Source: the human T2T-CHM13v2.0 reference genome, Homo sapiens
Assembly: GCF_009914755.1 (NCBI RefSeq)
Contig: NC_060948.1
DNA length: 64,000 bases
Direction: 5' to 3' (one strand)
Part shown: in pieces, positions 43,636 to 57,781 of the stretch
How the letters are laid out: each line of letters opens with the position of its first letter
Numbering within the stretch: the stretch's first letter is position 1
The notes under the pieces: model-generated
What the model was told of the DNA's origin: nothing
The model's input: only the letters and a program-made list of their open reading frames with translations
The model's database searches: none
Translations under genes and position numbers: made by a program

Positions 43636-46600
43636 CCTGTCCATTACACTACATTCCCTTCCATTCCAATGAATTCCATTCCATTCCAATCCATTCCTTT
43701 CCTTTCGCTTGCATTCCATTCTATTCTCTTCTACTGCATACAATTTCACTCCATTCGTTCCCATTCCATTCAATTCCATTCCATTCAATTCCATTCCATT
43801 TGTTTCCATTCTCTTCGATTCCATTTCTTTATATTCCATGCCATTCGATTCCATTCTATTGGATTGCATTACATTCGTGTTCATTCCATTCCAGACCATT
43901 CCATTTGACTCCATTCCTTTCGAGCCCTTTCAATTTGAGTCCATTCCTTTCCAGTCCATTTCACTCCAGTCCATTACTATCCATTCCATACCATTCCATC
44001 CCATTCCATTCCATTCCATTGCATTCCATTCCATTCCATTCCATTGCACTGCAATCCATTCCATTACATTCTACTCTATCTGAGTCGATTTTATTGCATT
44101 AGATTCTATTCCATTGGATTACTTTCCATTCGATTACATTCCATTCATGTACATTCCATTCCAGTCAATTACATTCCAGTTCATTACATTACATTCCAGT
44201 ATATTCCATTCTATTCGATCCCATTCCTTTCAATTCCGTTTCATTCGACTCCATTATATTCGATTCCATTCCACTCGAATCCATTCCATTAGAGGACATT
44301 CCATTCCAATGCATTCCATTCCATTCCATAGCATTCCATTGCGTTCGATTCCATTCCATTTGATGCCATTCCATTTGATGCCATTCCATGACATTCCATT
44401 CCATTCGAGTCCATTCCGTTCCAATTCATTCCATTCCGTTTCATGAAATTCGAGTCCTTTCCAGTACATTTCATTCCAATCCCATCCAATCCAATCTACT
44501 CCATTCAATTCCTTTCCATTCCACTTGATTAGATTCCATTGATTTGATTCCATTCAGTTTGATTCCATTCCGTGAAATTTCGTTCCATTCTATTCCATTG
44601 CATTACTTTCCATTCAATTCCATTCCATTTCATTTCAGTCCATTCGCTTCCTTTCCTTTCGATTCAATTCCATTTGATTCCACTCCATTCTATGCGATTT
44701 CATTCCAATCGATTCAATTCCATTCGATGACATTCCTTTCGTTTCCATTCCATTCGAGTCCATTCAATTTGAGCATTCGTGTCCATTCTATTCGAGTCCA
44801 TTCCATTACCGTCTATTCTATTCCCTTCCATTCCTGTTGATTCAATTTCATTCCCTTCCATTCGATTCCTTTCCATTCGATTCCATTCCTTTCCATTCCA
44901 TTCCATTCGTTCCCATTCCATGTTATTTCATTCCATTCCAGTCCATTATATTCGAGTCCACTCCACTCCATTCTATTACATTCAATTCCTTTTGAGTCCG
45001 TTCCATAACACTCCATTCATTTCGATTCCATTTCTTGCCAGTTTTCTTCCATTTTATTCCATTCCGTTCGATTCCATTCCATTCGATTGCATTCCATTCG
45101 AATCCTTTCCATTCCATTTCATTCCATTCCTTTCTATTCCATTCCATTTCATTCGATTTGATTCCATTCTGTTCTATTCCATTCAATTCTTTTTCATTCC
45201 ATTCGAATCCTTTCTATTGCAGTCCATTCCATTCGAGTCCATTCCAATCCCTTCCATTCCATTCCATTACAGTCCATTCCAATAGATTCCATTCCATTCT
45301 ATTCTATTCGGGTTAATTCCACTCCATTCCATTCCATTCTATTCCTTTCCAATCCATTCGATTCCATTCGATTCAATTCCATTTGATTCTCTTTCATTCT
45401 ATTTTATTCCATGCCATTTGATTGCATTGCATTCCATTCCGTTTGATTCCAGTCCATTCAAGAAAGTTCCATTCCAGTCCATTGCTTTCGAGTCCATTCC
45501 ATTCCACTCTAGTCTATTCCACTCCATTCCTTTCCATTCCATTCCATACTATTCCATTCCATTCCTTTGCATTCCGTTTCCAATCTATTCGAGTCCATTG
45601 CATTCCAGTCCAATCCATTCCATTACATTCCTTTTGATTCCCTGCCAGTCGATTGCATTGCATACTAGACCATTCCAAAGGAGTCCATTCCATTCTATCT
45701 CAACACTTTCCATTCCAGTCTGTTCGAGTCCATTCCATTCCAGTCCATTTAATTCAAGGGCATTCCATTCCATTCCATTCCATTTCATATTATTCCATTC
45801 CATTCAATTCCATTCCAGATGATTCCATTCCATTCTATACCATTGCTCTCTGTTCCATTCCATTCCATCTGTCTCCATTCCTTTCGTTTCGATTCCTTTC
45901 CATTCCATTCCATTACATTTGATCCTATTTTATTAAATTGCATTCTATTCGAGTGATTTCCATTCGAGTCCTTTCCATTCGATTCCATTCCATTCTATTC
46001 CATTCCTTTGGATTCCATTCCATTCCGTTTCGTTCACATCAATTCCTTGCGATTCCATTACATTCGAATTCTTGCCATTCGATTCCATTCCTTTTGACTC
46101 CATTTCATTCGATTCCATTCCATTCCATTAATTTCCATTCCATTCGAGACCTTTCCATTGCAGTCTTTTCCCTTCGAGTCCATTCCGTTCGATTCCCTTC
46201 CATTCGATTCCATTCCATTGGAGTCCGTACCAGTCGAGTCCATTCTATTCCAGTCCATTAGTTTCGACTCCATTGCATTCGAGTGCATTCCATTCCGTGG
46301 CTGTCCATTCCATTCCGTTTGATGCCATTCCATACGATTCCATTCAATTCGAGACCATTCTATTCCTGTCCATTCCTTGTGGTTCCATTCCATTTCACTC
46401 TAGTCCATTCCATTCCATTCAATTCCATTCGACTCTATTCCGTTCCATTCAATTCCATTCCATTCCATTCCATTTTTTTCGAGAACCTTCCATTACACTC
46501 CCTTCCATTCCAGTGCATTCCATTCCAGTCTCTTCAGTTCGATTCCATTCCATTCGTTTCGATTCCTTTCCGTTCCAGCCCATTCCATTCCATTCCATTC

Positions 46601-47144
46601 CTTTCCTTTCCGTTTCATTAGATTCCATTGCATTCGATTCCATTCAATTCAATTCCGTGCTATTCAATTTGTTTCATTTCCATTTAATTCCATTCCATTA
46701 GATTCCATTCCGTTCGATTCCATTCCTTTCGAATCCATTCCATTGGAGTCCATTCACTTCCAGAACATTCCATTCCAGTCGAATCCATTCGAGTACATTC
46801 CATTAAAGTTCATTACATTCTAATACATTCCATTCCATTGCATTCCATTCCATTCCATTCGATGCCATTCGATTCCATTCCATGCCAAATCATTGCATTC
46901 CTTTCCATTCCGTTCCTATCAATTCCATTCCATTCGATTTAGTTCGATTCTATTCACTTCCATTCCATTCGATTCCATTCCATTGGAGTCAATTCCTTTC
47001 GACACCCAGCCTTTCCAGTCAATGTTTTTGGATTCCATTTTTTTGCATTCCATTACATTCTATGACATTCGATTCCGTTTCATTGCATTCCATTCCATAC
47101 AATTTTATTCCATTCGAGACCGTAGCATTCCACTTTTTTCCAGG
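43636..47144 (+). repeat. DYZ1: DYZ1 monomer U13 (3509 bp)
   Basis: 14-bp insert; 70-bp tract; TTCGGGTTAA block at ~45308. Confidence 0.92.
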
Positions 47145-50100
47145 CCTGTCCATTACACTACATTCCCTTCCATTCCAATGAATTCCATTCCATTCCAATC
47201 CATTCCTTTCCTTTCGCTTGCATTCCATTCTATTCTCTTCTACTGCATACAATTTCACTCCATTCGTTCCCATTCCATTCAATTCCATTCCATTCAATTC
47301 CATTCCATTTGTTTCCATTCTCTTCGATTCCGTTTCTTTATATTCCATGCCATTCGATTCCATTCTATTGGATTGCATTACATTCGTGTTCATTCCATTC
47401 CAGACCATTCCATTTGACTCCATTCCTTTCGAGCCCTTTCAATTTGAGTCCATTCCTTTCCAGTCCATTTCACTCCAGTCCATTACTATCCATTCCATAC
47501 CATTCCATCCCATTCCATTCCATTCCATTCCATTTCATTGCATTCCATTCCATTCCATTCCATTGCACTGCACTCCATTCCATTACATTCTACTCTATCT
47601 GAGTCGATTTTATTGCATTAGATTCTATTCCATTGGATTACTTTCCATTCGATTACATTCCATTCATGTACATTCCATTCCAGTCAATTACATTGCAGTT
47701 CATTACATTACATTCCAGCATATTCCATTCTATTCGATCCCATTCCTTTCAATTCCGTTTCATTCGACTCCATTATATTCGATTCCATTCCACTCGAATC
47801 CATTCCATTAGAGGACATTCCATTCCAATGCATTCCATTCCATTCCATAGCATTCCATTGCGTTCGATTCCATTCCATTTGATGCCATTCCATTTGATGC
47901 CATTCCATGACATTCCATTCCATTCGAGTCCATTCCGTTCCAATTCATTCCATTCCGTTTCATGAAATTCGAGTCCTTTCCAGTACATTTCATTCCAATC
48001 CCATCCAATCCAATCTACTCCATTCAATTCCTTTCCATTCCACTTGATTAGATTCCATTGATTTGATTCCATTCAGTTTGATTCCATTCCGTGAAATTTC
48101 GTTCCATTCTATTCCATTGCATTACTTTCCATTCAATTCCATTCCATTTCATTTCAGTCCATTCGCTTCCTTTCCTTTCGATTCAATTCCATTTGATTCC
48201 ACTCCATTCTATGCGATTTCATTCCAATCGATTCAATTCCATTCGATGACATTCCTTTCGTTTCCATTCCATTCGAGTCCATTCAATTTGAGCATTCGTG
48301 TCCATTCTATTCGAGTCCATTGCATTACCGTCTATTCTATTCCCTTCCATTCCTGTTGATTCAATTTCATTCCCTTCCATTCGATTCCTTTCCATTCGAT
48401 TCCATTCCTTTCCATTCCATTCCATTCGTTCCCATTCCATGTGATTTCATTCCATTCCAGTCGATTATATTCGAGTCCTCTCCACTCCATTCTATTACAT
48501 TCAATTCCTTTTGAGTCCGTTCCATAACACTCCATTCATTTCGATTCCATTTCTTGCCAGTTTTCTTCCATTTTATTCCATTGCGTTCGATTCCATTCCA
48601 TTCGATTGCATTCCATTCGAATCCTTTCCATTCCATTTCATTCCATTCCTTTCTATTCCATTCCATTTCATTCGATTTGATTCCATTCTGTTCTATTCCA
48701 TTCAATTCTTTTTCATTCCATTCGAATCCTTTCTATTGCAGTCCATTCCATTCGAGTCCATTCCAATCCCTTCCATTCCATTCCATTACAGTCCATTCCA
48801 ATAGATTCCATTCCTTTGCCTTCCATTCGAATCCATTCCATTCTAGTCCATTCCATTTGAGTCAATTCCATTCCAATCCATTCTATTCCTTTCCAATCCA
48901 TTCGATTCCATTTGATTCAATTCCATTTGATTCTCTTTCATTCTATTTTATTCCATGCCATTTGATTGCATTGCATTCCATTCCGTTTGATTCCAGTCCA
49001 TTCAAGAAAGTTCCATTCCAGTCCATTGCTTTCCAGTCCATTCCATTCCACTCTAGTCTATTCCACTCCATTCCTTTCCATTCCATTCCATATTATTCCA
49101 TTCCATTCCTTTGCATTCCGTTTCCAATCTATTCGAGTCCATTGCATTCCCGTCCAATCCATTCCATTACATTCCTTTTGATTCCCTGCCAGTCGATTGC
49201 ATTGCATACTAGACCATTCCAAAGGAGTCCATTCCATTCTATCTCAACACTTTCCATTCCACTCTGTTCGAGTCCATTCCATTCCAGTCCATTTAATTCA
49301 AGGGCATTCCATTCCATTCCATTCCATTTCATATTATTCCATTCCATTCAATTCCATTCCAGATGATTCCATTCCATTCTATACCATTGCTCTCTGTTCC
49401 ATTCCATTCCATCTGTCTCCATTCCTTTCGTTTCGATTCCTTTCCATTCCATTCCATTACATTTGATCCTATTTTATTAAATTGCATTCTATTCGAGTGA
49501 TTTCCATTCGAGTCCTTTCCATTCGATTCCATTCCATTCTATTCCATTCCTTTGGATTCCATTCCATTCCGTTCCGTTCACATCAATTCCTTGCGATTCC
49601 ATTACATTCGATTTCTTGCCATTCGATTCCATTCCTTTTGACTCCATTTCATTCGATTCCATTCCATTCCATTAATTTCCATTCCATTCGAGACCTTTCC
49701 ATTGCAGTCTTTTCCCTTCGAGTCCATTCCGTTCGATTCCCTTCCATTCGATTCCATTCCATTGGAGTCCGTACCAGTCGAGTCCATTCTATTCCAGTCC
49801 ATTAGTTTCGACTCCATTGCATTCGAGTGCATTCCATTCCGTGGCTGTCCATTCCATTCCGTTTGATGCCATTCCATACGATTCCATTCAATTCGAGAGC
49901 ATTCTATTCCTGTCCATTCCTTGTGGTTCGATTCCATTTCACTCTAGTCCATTCCATTCCATTGAATTCCATTCGACTCTATTCCGTTCCATTCAATTCC
50001 ATTCCATTCGATTCCATTTTTTTCGAGAACCTTCCATTACACTCCCTTCCATTCCAGTGCATTCCATTCCAGTCTCTTCAGTTCGATTCCATTCCATTCG

Positions 50101-50688
50101 TTTCGATTCCTTTCCGTTCCAGCCCATTCCATTCCATTCCATTCCTTTCCTTTCCGTTTCATTAGATTCCATTGCATTCGATTCCATTCAATTCAATTCC
50201 GTGCTATTCAATTTGATTCATTTCCATTTAATTCCATTCCATTAGATTCCATTCCGTTCGATTCCATTCCTTTCGAATCCATTCCATTGGAGTCCATTCA
50301 CTTCCAGAACATTCCATTCCAGTCGAATCCATTCGAGGACATTCCATTAAAGTTCATTACATTCTAATACATTCCATTCCATTGCATTCCATTCCATTCC
50401 ATTCGATGCCATTCGATTCCATTCCATGCCAAATCATTGCATTCCTTTCCATTCCGTTCCTATCAATTCCATTCCATTCGATTTAGTTCGATTCTATTCA
50501 CTTCCATTCCATTCGATTCCATTCCATTGGAGTCAATTCCTTTCGACACCCAGCCTTTCCAGTCAATGATTTTGGATTCCATTTTTTTGCATTCCATTAC
50601 ATTCTATGACATTCGATTCCGTTTCATTGCATTCCATTCCATACATTTTTATTCCATTCGAGACCGTAGCATTCCACTTTATTCCAGG
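47145..50688 (+). repeat. DYZ1: DYZ1 monomer U14 (3544 bp)
   Basis: Near-identical to U12 at a 7053-bp offset. Confidence 0.92.
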
Positions 50689-53600
50689 CCTGTCCATTAC
50701 ACTACATTCCCTTCCATTCCAATGAATTCCATTCCATTCCAATCCATTCCTTTCCTTTCGCTTGCATTCCATTCTATTCTCTTCTACTGCATACAATTTC
50801 ACTCCATTCGTTCCCATTCCATTCAATTCCATTCCATTCAATTCCATTCCATTTGTTTCCATTCTCTTCGATTCCATTTCTTTATATTCCATGCCATTCG
50901 ATTCCATTCTATTGGATTGCATTACATTCGTGTTCATTCCATTCCAGACCATTCCATTTGACTCCATTCCTTTCGAGCCCTTTCAATTTGAGTCCATTCC
51001 TTTCCAGTCCATTTCACTCCAGTCCATTACTATCCATTCCATACCATTCCATCCCATTCCATTCCATTCCATTGCATTCCATTCCATTCCATTCCATTGC
51101 ACTGCAATCCATTCCATTACATTCTACTCTATCTGAGTCGATTTTATTGCATTAGATTCTATTCCATTGGATTACTTTCCATTCGATTACATTCCATTCA
51201 TGTACATTCCATTCCAGTCAATTACATTCCAGTTCATTACATTACATTCCAGTATATTCCATTCTATTCGATCCCATTCCTTTCAATTCCGTTTCATTCG
51301 ACTCCATTATATTCGATTCCATTCCACTCGAATCCATTCCATTAGAGGACATTCCATTCCAATGCATTCCATTCCATTCCATAGCATTCCATTGCGTTCG
51401 ATTCCATTCCATTTGATGCCATTCCATTTGATGCCATTCCATGACATTCCATTCCATTCGAGTCCATTCCGTTCCAATTCATTCCATTCCGTTTCATGAA
51501 ATTCGAGTCCTTTCCAGTACATTTCATTCCAATCCCATCCAATCCAATCTACTCCATTCAATTCCTTTCCATTCCACTTGATTAGATTCCATTGATTTGA
51601 TTCCATTCAGTTTGATTCCATTCCGTGAAATTTCGTTCCATTCTATTCCATTGCATTACTTTCCATTCAATTCCATTCCATTTCATTTCAGTCCATTCGC
51701 TTCCTTTCCTTTCGATTCAATTCCATTTGATTCCACTCCATTCTATGCGATTTCATTCCAATCGATTCAATTCCATTCGATGACATTCCTTTCGTTTCCA
51801 TTCCATTCGAGTCCATTCAATTTGAGCATTCGTGTCCATTCTATTCGAGTCCATTCCATTACCGTCTATTCTATTCCCTTCCATTCCTGTTGATTCAATT
51901 TCATTCCCTTCCATTCGATTCCTTTCCATTCGATTCCATTCCTTTCCATTCCATTCCATTCGTTCCCATTCCATGTGATTTCATTCCATTCCAGTCCATT
52001 ATATTCGAGTCCACTCCACTCCATTCTATTACATTCAATTCCTTTTGAGTCCGTTCCATAACACTCCATTCATTTCGATTCCATTTCTTGCCAGTTTTCT
52101 TCCATTTTATTCCATTCCGTTCGATTCCATTCCATTCGATTGCATTCCATTCGAATCCTTTCCATTCCATTTCATTCCATTCCTTTCTATTCCATTCCAT
52201 TTCATTCGATTTGATTCCATTCTGTTCTATTCCATTCAATTCTTTTTCATTCCATTCGAATCCTTTCTATTGCAGTCCATTCCATTCGAGTCCATTCCAA
52301 TCCCTTCCATTCCATTCCATTACAGTCCATTCCAATAGATTCCATTCCTTTGCCTTCCATTCGAATCCATTCCATTCTAGTCCATTCCATTTGAGTCAAT
52401 TCCATTCCATTCCATTCTATTCCTTTCCAATCCATTCCATTCCATTCGATTCAATTCCATTTGATTCTCTTTCATTCTATTTTATTCCATGCCATTTGAT
52501 TGCATTGCATTCCATTCCGTTTGATTCCAGTCCATTCAAGAAAGTTCCATTCCAGTCCATTGCTTTCGAGTCCATTCCATTCCACTCTAGTCTATTCCAC
52601 TCCATTCCTTTCCATTCCATTCCATACTATTCCATTCCATTCCTTTGCATTCCGTTTCCAATCTATTCGAGTCCATTGCATTCCAGTCCAATCCATTCGA
52701 TTACATTCCTTTTGATTCCCTGCCAGTCGATTGCATTGCATACTAGACCATTCCAAAGGAGTCCATTCCATTCTATCTCAACACTTTCCATTCCACTCTG
52801 TTCGAGTCCATTCCATTCCAGTCCATTTAATTCAAGGGCATTCCATTCCATTCCATTCCATTTCATATTATTCCATTCCATTCAATTCCATTCCAAATGA
52901 TTGCATTCCATTCTATACCATTGCTCTCTGTTCCATTCCATTCCATCTGTCTCCATTCCTTTCGTTTCGATTGCTTTCCATTCCATTCCATTACATTTGA
53001 TCCTATTTTATTAAATTGCATTCTATTCGAGTGATTTCCATTCGAGTACTTTCCATTCGATTCCATTCCATTCTATTCCATTCCTTTGGATTCCATTCCA
53101 TTCCGTTCCGTTCACATCAATTCCTTGCGATTCCATTACATTCGATTTCTTGCCATTCGATTCCATTCCTTTTGACTCCATTTCATTCGATTCCATTCCA
53201 TTCCATTAATTTCCATTCCATTCGAGACCTTTCCATTGCAGTCTTTTCCCTTCGAGTCCATTCCGTTCGATTCCCTTCCATTCGATTCCATTCCATTGGA
53301 GTCCGTACCAGTCGATTCCATTCTATTCCAGTCCATTAGTTTCGACTCCATTGCATTCGAGTGCATTCCATTCCGTGGCTGTCCATTCCATTCCGTTTGA
53401 TGCCATTCCATACGATTCCATTCAATTCGAGACCATTCTATTCCTGTCCATTCCTTGTGGTTCGATTCCATTTCACTCTAGTCCATTCCATTCCATTCAA
53501 TTCCATTCGACTCTATTCCGTTCCATTCAATTCCATTCCATTCGATTCCATTCCATTCGATTCCATTTTTTTCGAGAACCTTCCATTACACTCCCTTCCA

Positions 53601-54237
53601 TTCCAGTGCATTCCATTCCAGTCTCTTCAGTTCGATTCCATTCCATTCGTTTCGATTCCTTTCCATTCCAGCCCATTCCATTCCATTCCATTCCTTTCCT
53701 TTCCGTTTCATTAGATTCCATTGCATTCCATTCCATTCAATTCAATTCCGTGCTATTGAATTTGATTCATTTCCATTTAATTCCATTCCATTAGATTCCA
53801 TTCCGTTCGATTCCATTCCTTTCGAATCCATTCCATTGGAGTCCATTCACTTCCAGAACATTCCATTCCAGTCGAATCCATTCGAGTACATTCCATTAAA
53901 GTTCATTACATTCTAATACATTCCATTCCATTGCATTCCATTCCATTCCATTCGATGCCATTCGATTCCATTCCATGCCAAATCATTGCATTCCTTTCCA
54001 TTCCGTTCCTATCAATTCCATTCCATTCGATTTAGTTCGATTCTATTCACTTCCATTCCATTCGATTCCATTCCATTGGAGTCAATTCCTTTCGACACCC
54101 AGCCTTTCCAGTCAATGATTTTGGATTCCATTTTTTTGCATTCCATTACATTCTATGACATTCGATTCCGTTTCATTGCATTCCATTCCATACATTTTTA
54201 TTCCATTCGAGACCGTAGCATTCCACTTTATTCCAGG
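50689..54237 (+). repeat. DYZ1: DYZ1 monomer U15 (3549 bp)
   Basis: 5' half matches U13; 15-bp insertion near 53545. Confidence 0.92.
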
Positions 54238-57200
54238 CCTGTCCATTACACTACATTCCCTTCCATTCCAATGAATTCCATTCCATTCCAATCCATTCCT
54301 TTCCTTTCGCTTGCATTCCATTCTATTCTCTTCTACTGCATACAATTTCACTCCATTCGTTCCCATTCCATTCAATTCCATTCCATTCAATTCCATTCCA
54401 TTTGTTTCCATTCTCTTCGATTCCATTTCTTTATATTCCATGCCATTCGATTCCATTCTATTGGATTGCATTACATTCGTGTTCATTCCATTCCAGACCA
54501 TTCCATTTGACTCCATTCCTTTCGAGCCCTTTCAATTTGAGTCCATTCCTTTCCAGTCCATTTCACTCCAGTCCATTACTATCCATTCCATACCATTCCA
54601 TGCCATTCCATTCCATTCCATTCCATTGCATTCCATTCCATTCCATTCCATTGCACTGCACTCCATTCCATTACATTCTATTCTATTTGAGTCGATTTTA
54701 TTGCATTAGATTCTATTCCATTGGATTACTTTCCATTCGATTACATTCCATTCATGTACATTCCATTCCAGTCAATTACATTCGAGTTCATTACGTTACA
54801 TTCCAGTATATTCCATTGTATTCGATCCCATTCCTTTCAATTCCATTTCATTCGACTCCATTATATTCGATTCCATTCCACTCGAATCCATTCCATTAGA
54901 GGACATTCCATTCCAATGCATTCCATTCCATTCCATAGCATTCCATTGCATTCGATTCCATTCCATTTGATGCCATTCCATTTGATGCCATTCCATGACA
55001 TTCCATTCCATTCGAGTCCATTCCGTTCCAATTCATTCCATTCCGTTTCATAAAATTCGAGTCCTTCCCAGTACATTTCATTCCAATCCCATCCAATCCC
55101 ATCTACTCCATTCAATTCCTTTCCATTCCATTTGATTAGATTCCATTGATTTGATTCCATTCACTTTGATTCCATTCCGTGAAATTTCGTTCCCTTCTAT
55201 TCCATTGCATTACTTTCCATTCAATTCCATTCCATTTCATTTCAGTCCATTCGCTTCCTTTCCTTTCGATTCAATTCCATTTGATTCCACTCCATTCTAT
55301 GCGATTTCATTCCAATCGATTCAATTCCATTCGATGACATTCCTTTCGTTTCCATTCCATTCGAGTCCATTCAATTTGAGCATTCGTGTCCATTCTATTC
55401 GAGTCCATTCCATTACCGTCTATTCTATTCCCTTCCATTCCTGTTGATTCAATTTCATTCCCTTCCATTCGATTCCTTTCCATTCGATTCCATTCCTTTC
55501 CATTCCATTCCATTCGTTCCCATTCCATGTGATTTCATTCCATTCCAGTCCATTATATTCGAGTCCACTCCACTCCATTCCATTACATTCAATTCCTTTT
55601 GAGTCCGTTCCATAACACTCCATTCATTTCGATTCCATTTCTTGCCAGTTTTCTTCCATTTTATTCCATTCCGTTCGATTCCATTCCATTCGATTGCATT
55701 CCATTCGAATCCTTTCCATTCCATTTCATTCCATTCCTTTCTATTCCATTCCATTTCATTCGATTTGATTCCATTCTGTTCTATTCCATTCAATTCTTTT
55801 TCATTCCATTCGAATCCTTTCTATTGCAGTCCATTCCATTCGAGTCCATTCCAATCCCTTCCATTCCATTCCATTACAGTCCATTCCAATAGATTCCATT
55901 CCTTTGCCTTCCATTCGAATCCATTCCATTCTAGTCCATTCCATTTGAGTCAATTCCATTCCATTCCATTCTATTCCTTTCCAATCCATTCGATTCCATT
56001 CGATTCAATTCCATTTGATTCTCTTCCATTCTATTTTATTCCATGCCATTTGATTGCATTGCATTCCATTCCGTTTGATTCCAGTCCATTCAAGAAAGTT
56101 CCATTCCAGTCCATTGCTTTCCAGTCCATTCCATTCCACTCTAGTCTATTCCACTCCATTCCTTTCCATTCCATTCCATACTATTCCATTCCATTCCTTT
56201 GCATTCCGTTTCCTATCTATTCGAGTTCATTGCATTCCAGTCCAATCCATTCGATTACATTCCTTTTGATTCCCTGCCAGTCGATTGCATTGCATACTAG
56301 ACCATTCCAAAGGAGTCCATTCCATTCTATTTCAAAACTTTCCATTCCACTCTGTTCGAGTCCATTCCATTCCAGTCCATTTAATTCAAGGGCATTCCAT
56401 TCCATTCCATTCCATTCCATTTCATATTATTCCATTTCATTCAATTCCATTCCAGATGATTCCATTCCATTCTATACCATTGCTCTCTGTTCCATTCCAT
56501 TCCATCTGTCTGCATTCCTTTCGTTTCGATTCCTTTCCATTCCATTCCATTACATTTGATCTTATTTTATTAAATTGCATTCTATTCGAGTGATTTCCAT
56601 TCGAGTCCTTTCCATTCGATTCCATTCCATTCTATTCCATTCCTTTGGATTCCATTCCATTCCGTTCCGTTCACATCAATTCCTTGCGATTCCATTCCAT
56701 TCGATTTCTTGCCATTCGATTCCATTCCTTTTGACTCCATTTCATTCGATTCCATTCCATTCCATTAATTTCCATTCCATTCGAGACCTTTCCATTGCAG
56801 TCTTTTCCCTTCGAGTCCATTCCGTTCGATTCCCTTCCATTCGATTCCATTCCATTGGAGTCCGTACCAGTCGAGTCCATTCTATTCCAGTCCATTAGTT
56901 TCGACTCCATTGCATTCGAGTGCATTCCATTCCGTGGCTGTCCATTCCATTCCGTTTGATGCCATTCCATACGATTCCATTCAATTCGAGACCATTCTAT
57001 TCCTGTCCATTCCTTGTGGTTCGATTCCATTTCACTCTAGTCCATTCCATTCCATTCAATTCCATTCGACTCTATTCCGTTCCATTCAATTCCATTCCAT
57101 TCGATTCCATTTTTGTCGAGAACCTTCCATTACACTCCCTTCCATTCCAGTGCATTCCATTCCAGTCTCTTCAGTTCGATTCCATTCCATTCGTTTCGAT

Positions 57201-57781
57201 TCCTTTCCATTCCAGCCCATTCCATTCCATTCCATTCCTTTCCTTTCCGTTTCATTAGATTCCATTGCATTCGATTCCATTCAATTCAATTCCGTGCTAT
57301 TCAATTTGTTTCATTTCCATTTGATTCCATTCCATTAGATTCCATTCCGTTCGATTCCATTCCTTTCGAATCCATTCCATTGGAGTCCATTCACTTCCAG
57401 AACATTCCATTCCAGTCGAATCCATTCGAGTACATTCCATTAAAGTTCATTACATTCTAATACATTCCATTCCATTGCATTCCATTCCATTCCATTCGAT
57501 GCCATTCGATTCCATTCCATGCCAAATCATTGCATTCCTTTCCATTCCATTCCTATCAATTCCATTCCATTCGATTTAGTTCGATTCTATTCACTTCCAT
57601 TCCATTCGATTCCATTCCATTGGAGTCAATTCCTTTCGACACCCAGCCTTTCCAGTCAATGATTTTGGATTCCATTTTTTTGCATTCCATTACATTCTAT
57701 GACATTCGATTCCGTTTCATTGCATTCCATTCCATACATTTTTATTCCATTCGAGACCGTAGCATTCCACTTTATTCCAGG
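54238..57781 (+). repeat. DYZ1: DYZ1 monomer U16 (3544 bp)
   Basis: 75-bp tract, one extra pentamer near 56400, more private substitutions than interior units. Confidence 0.92.
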
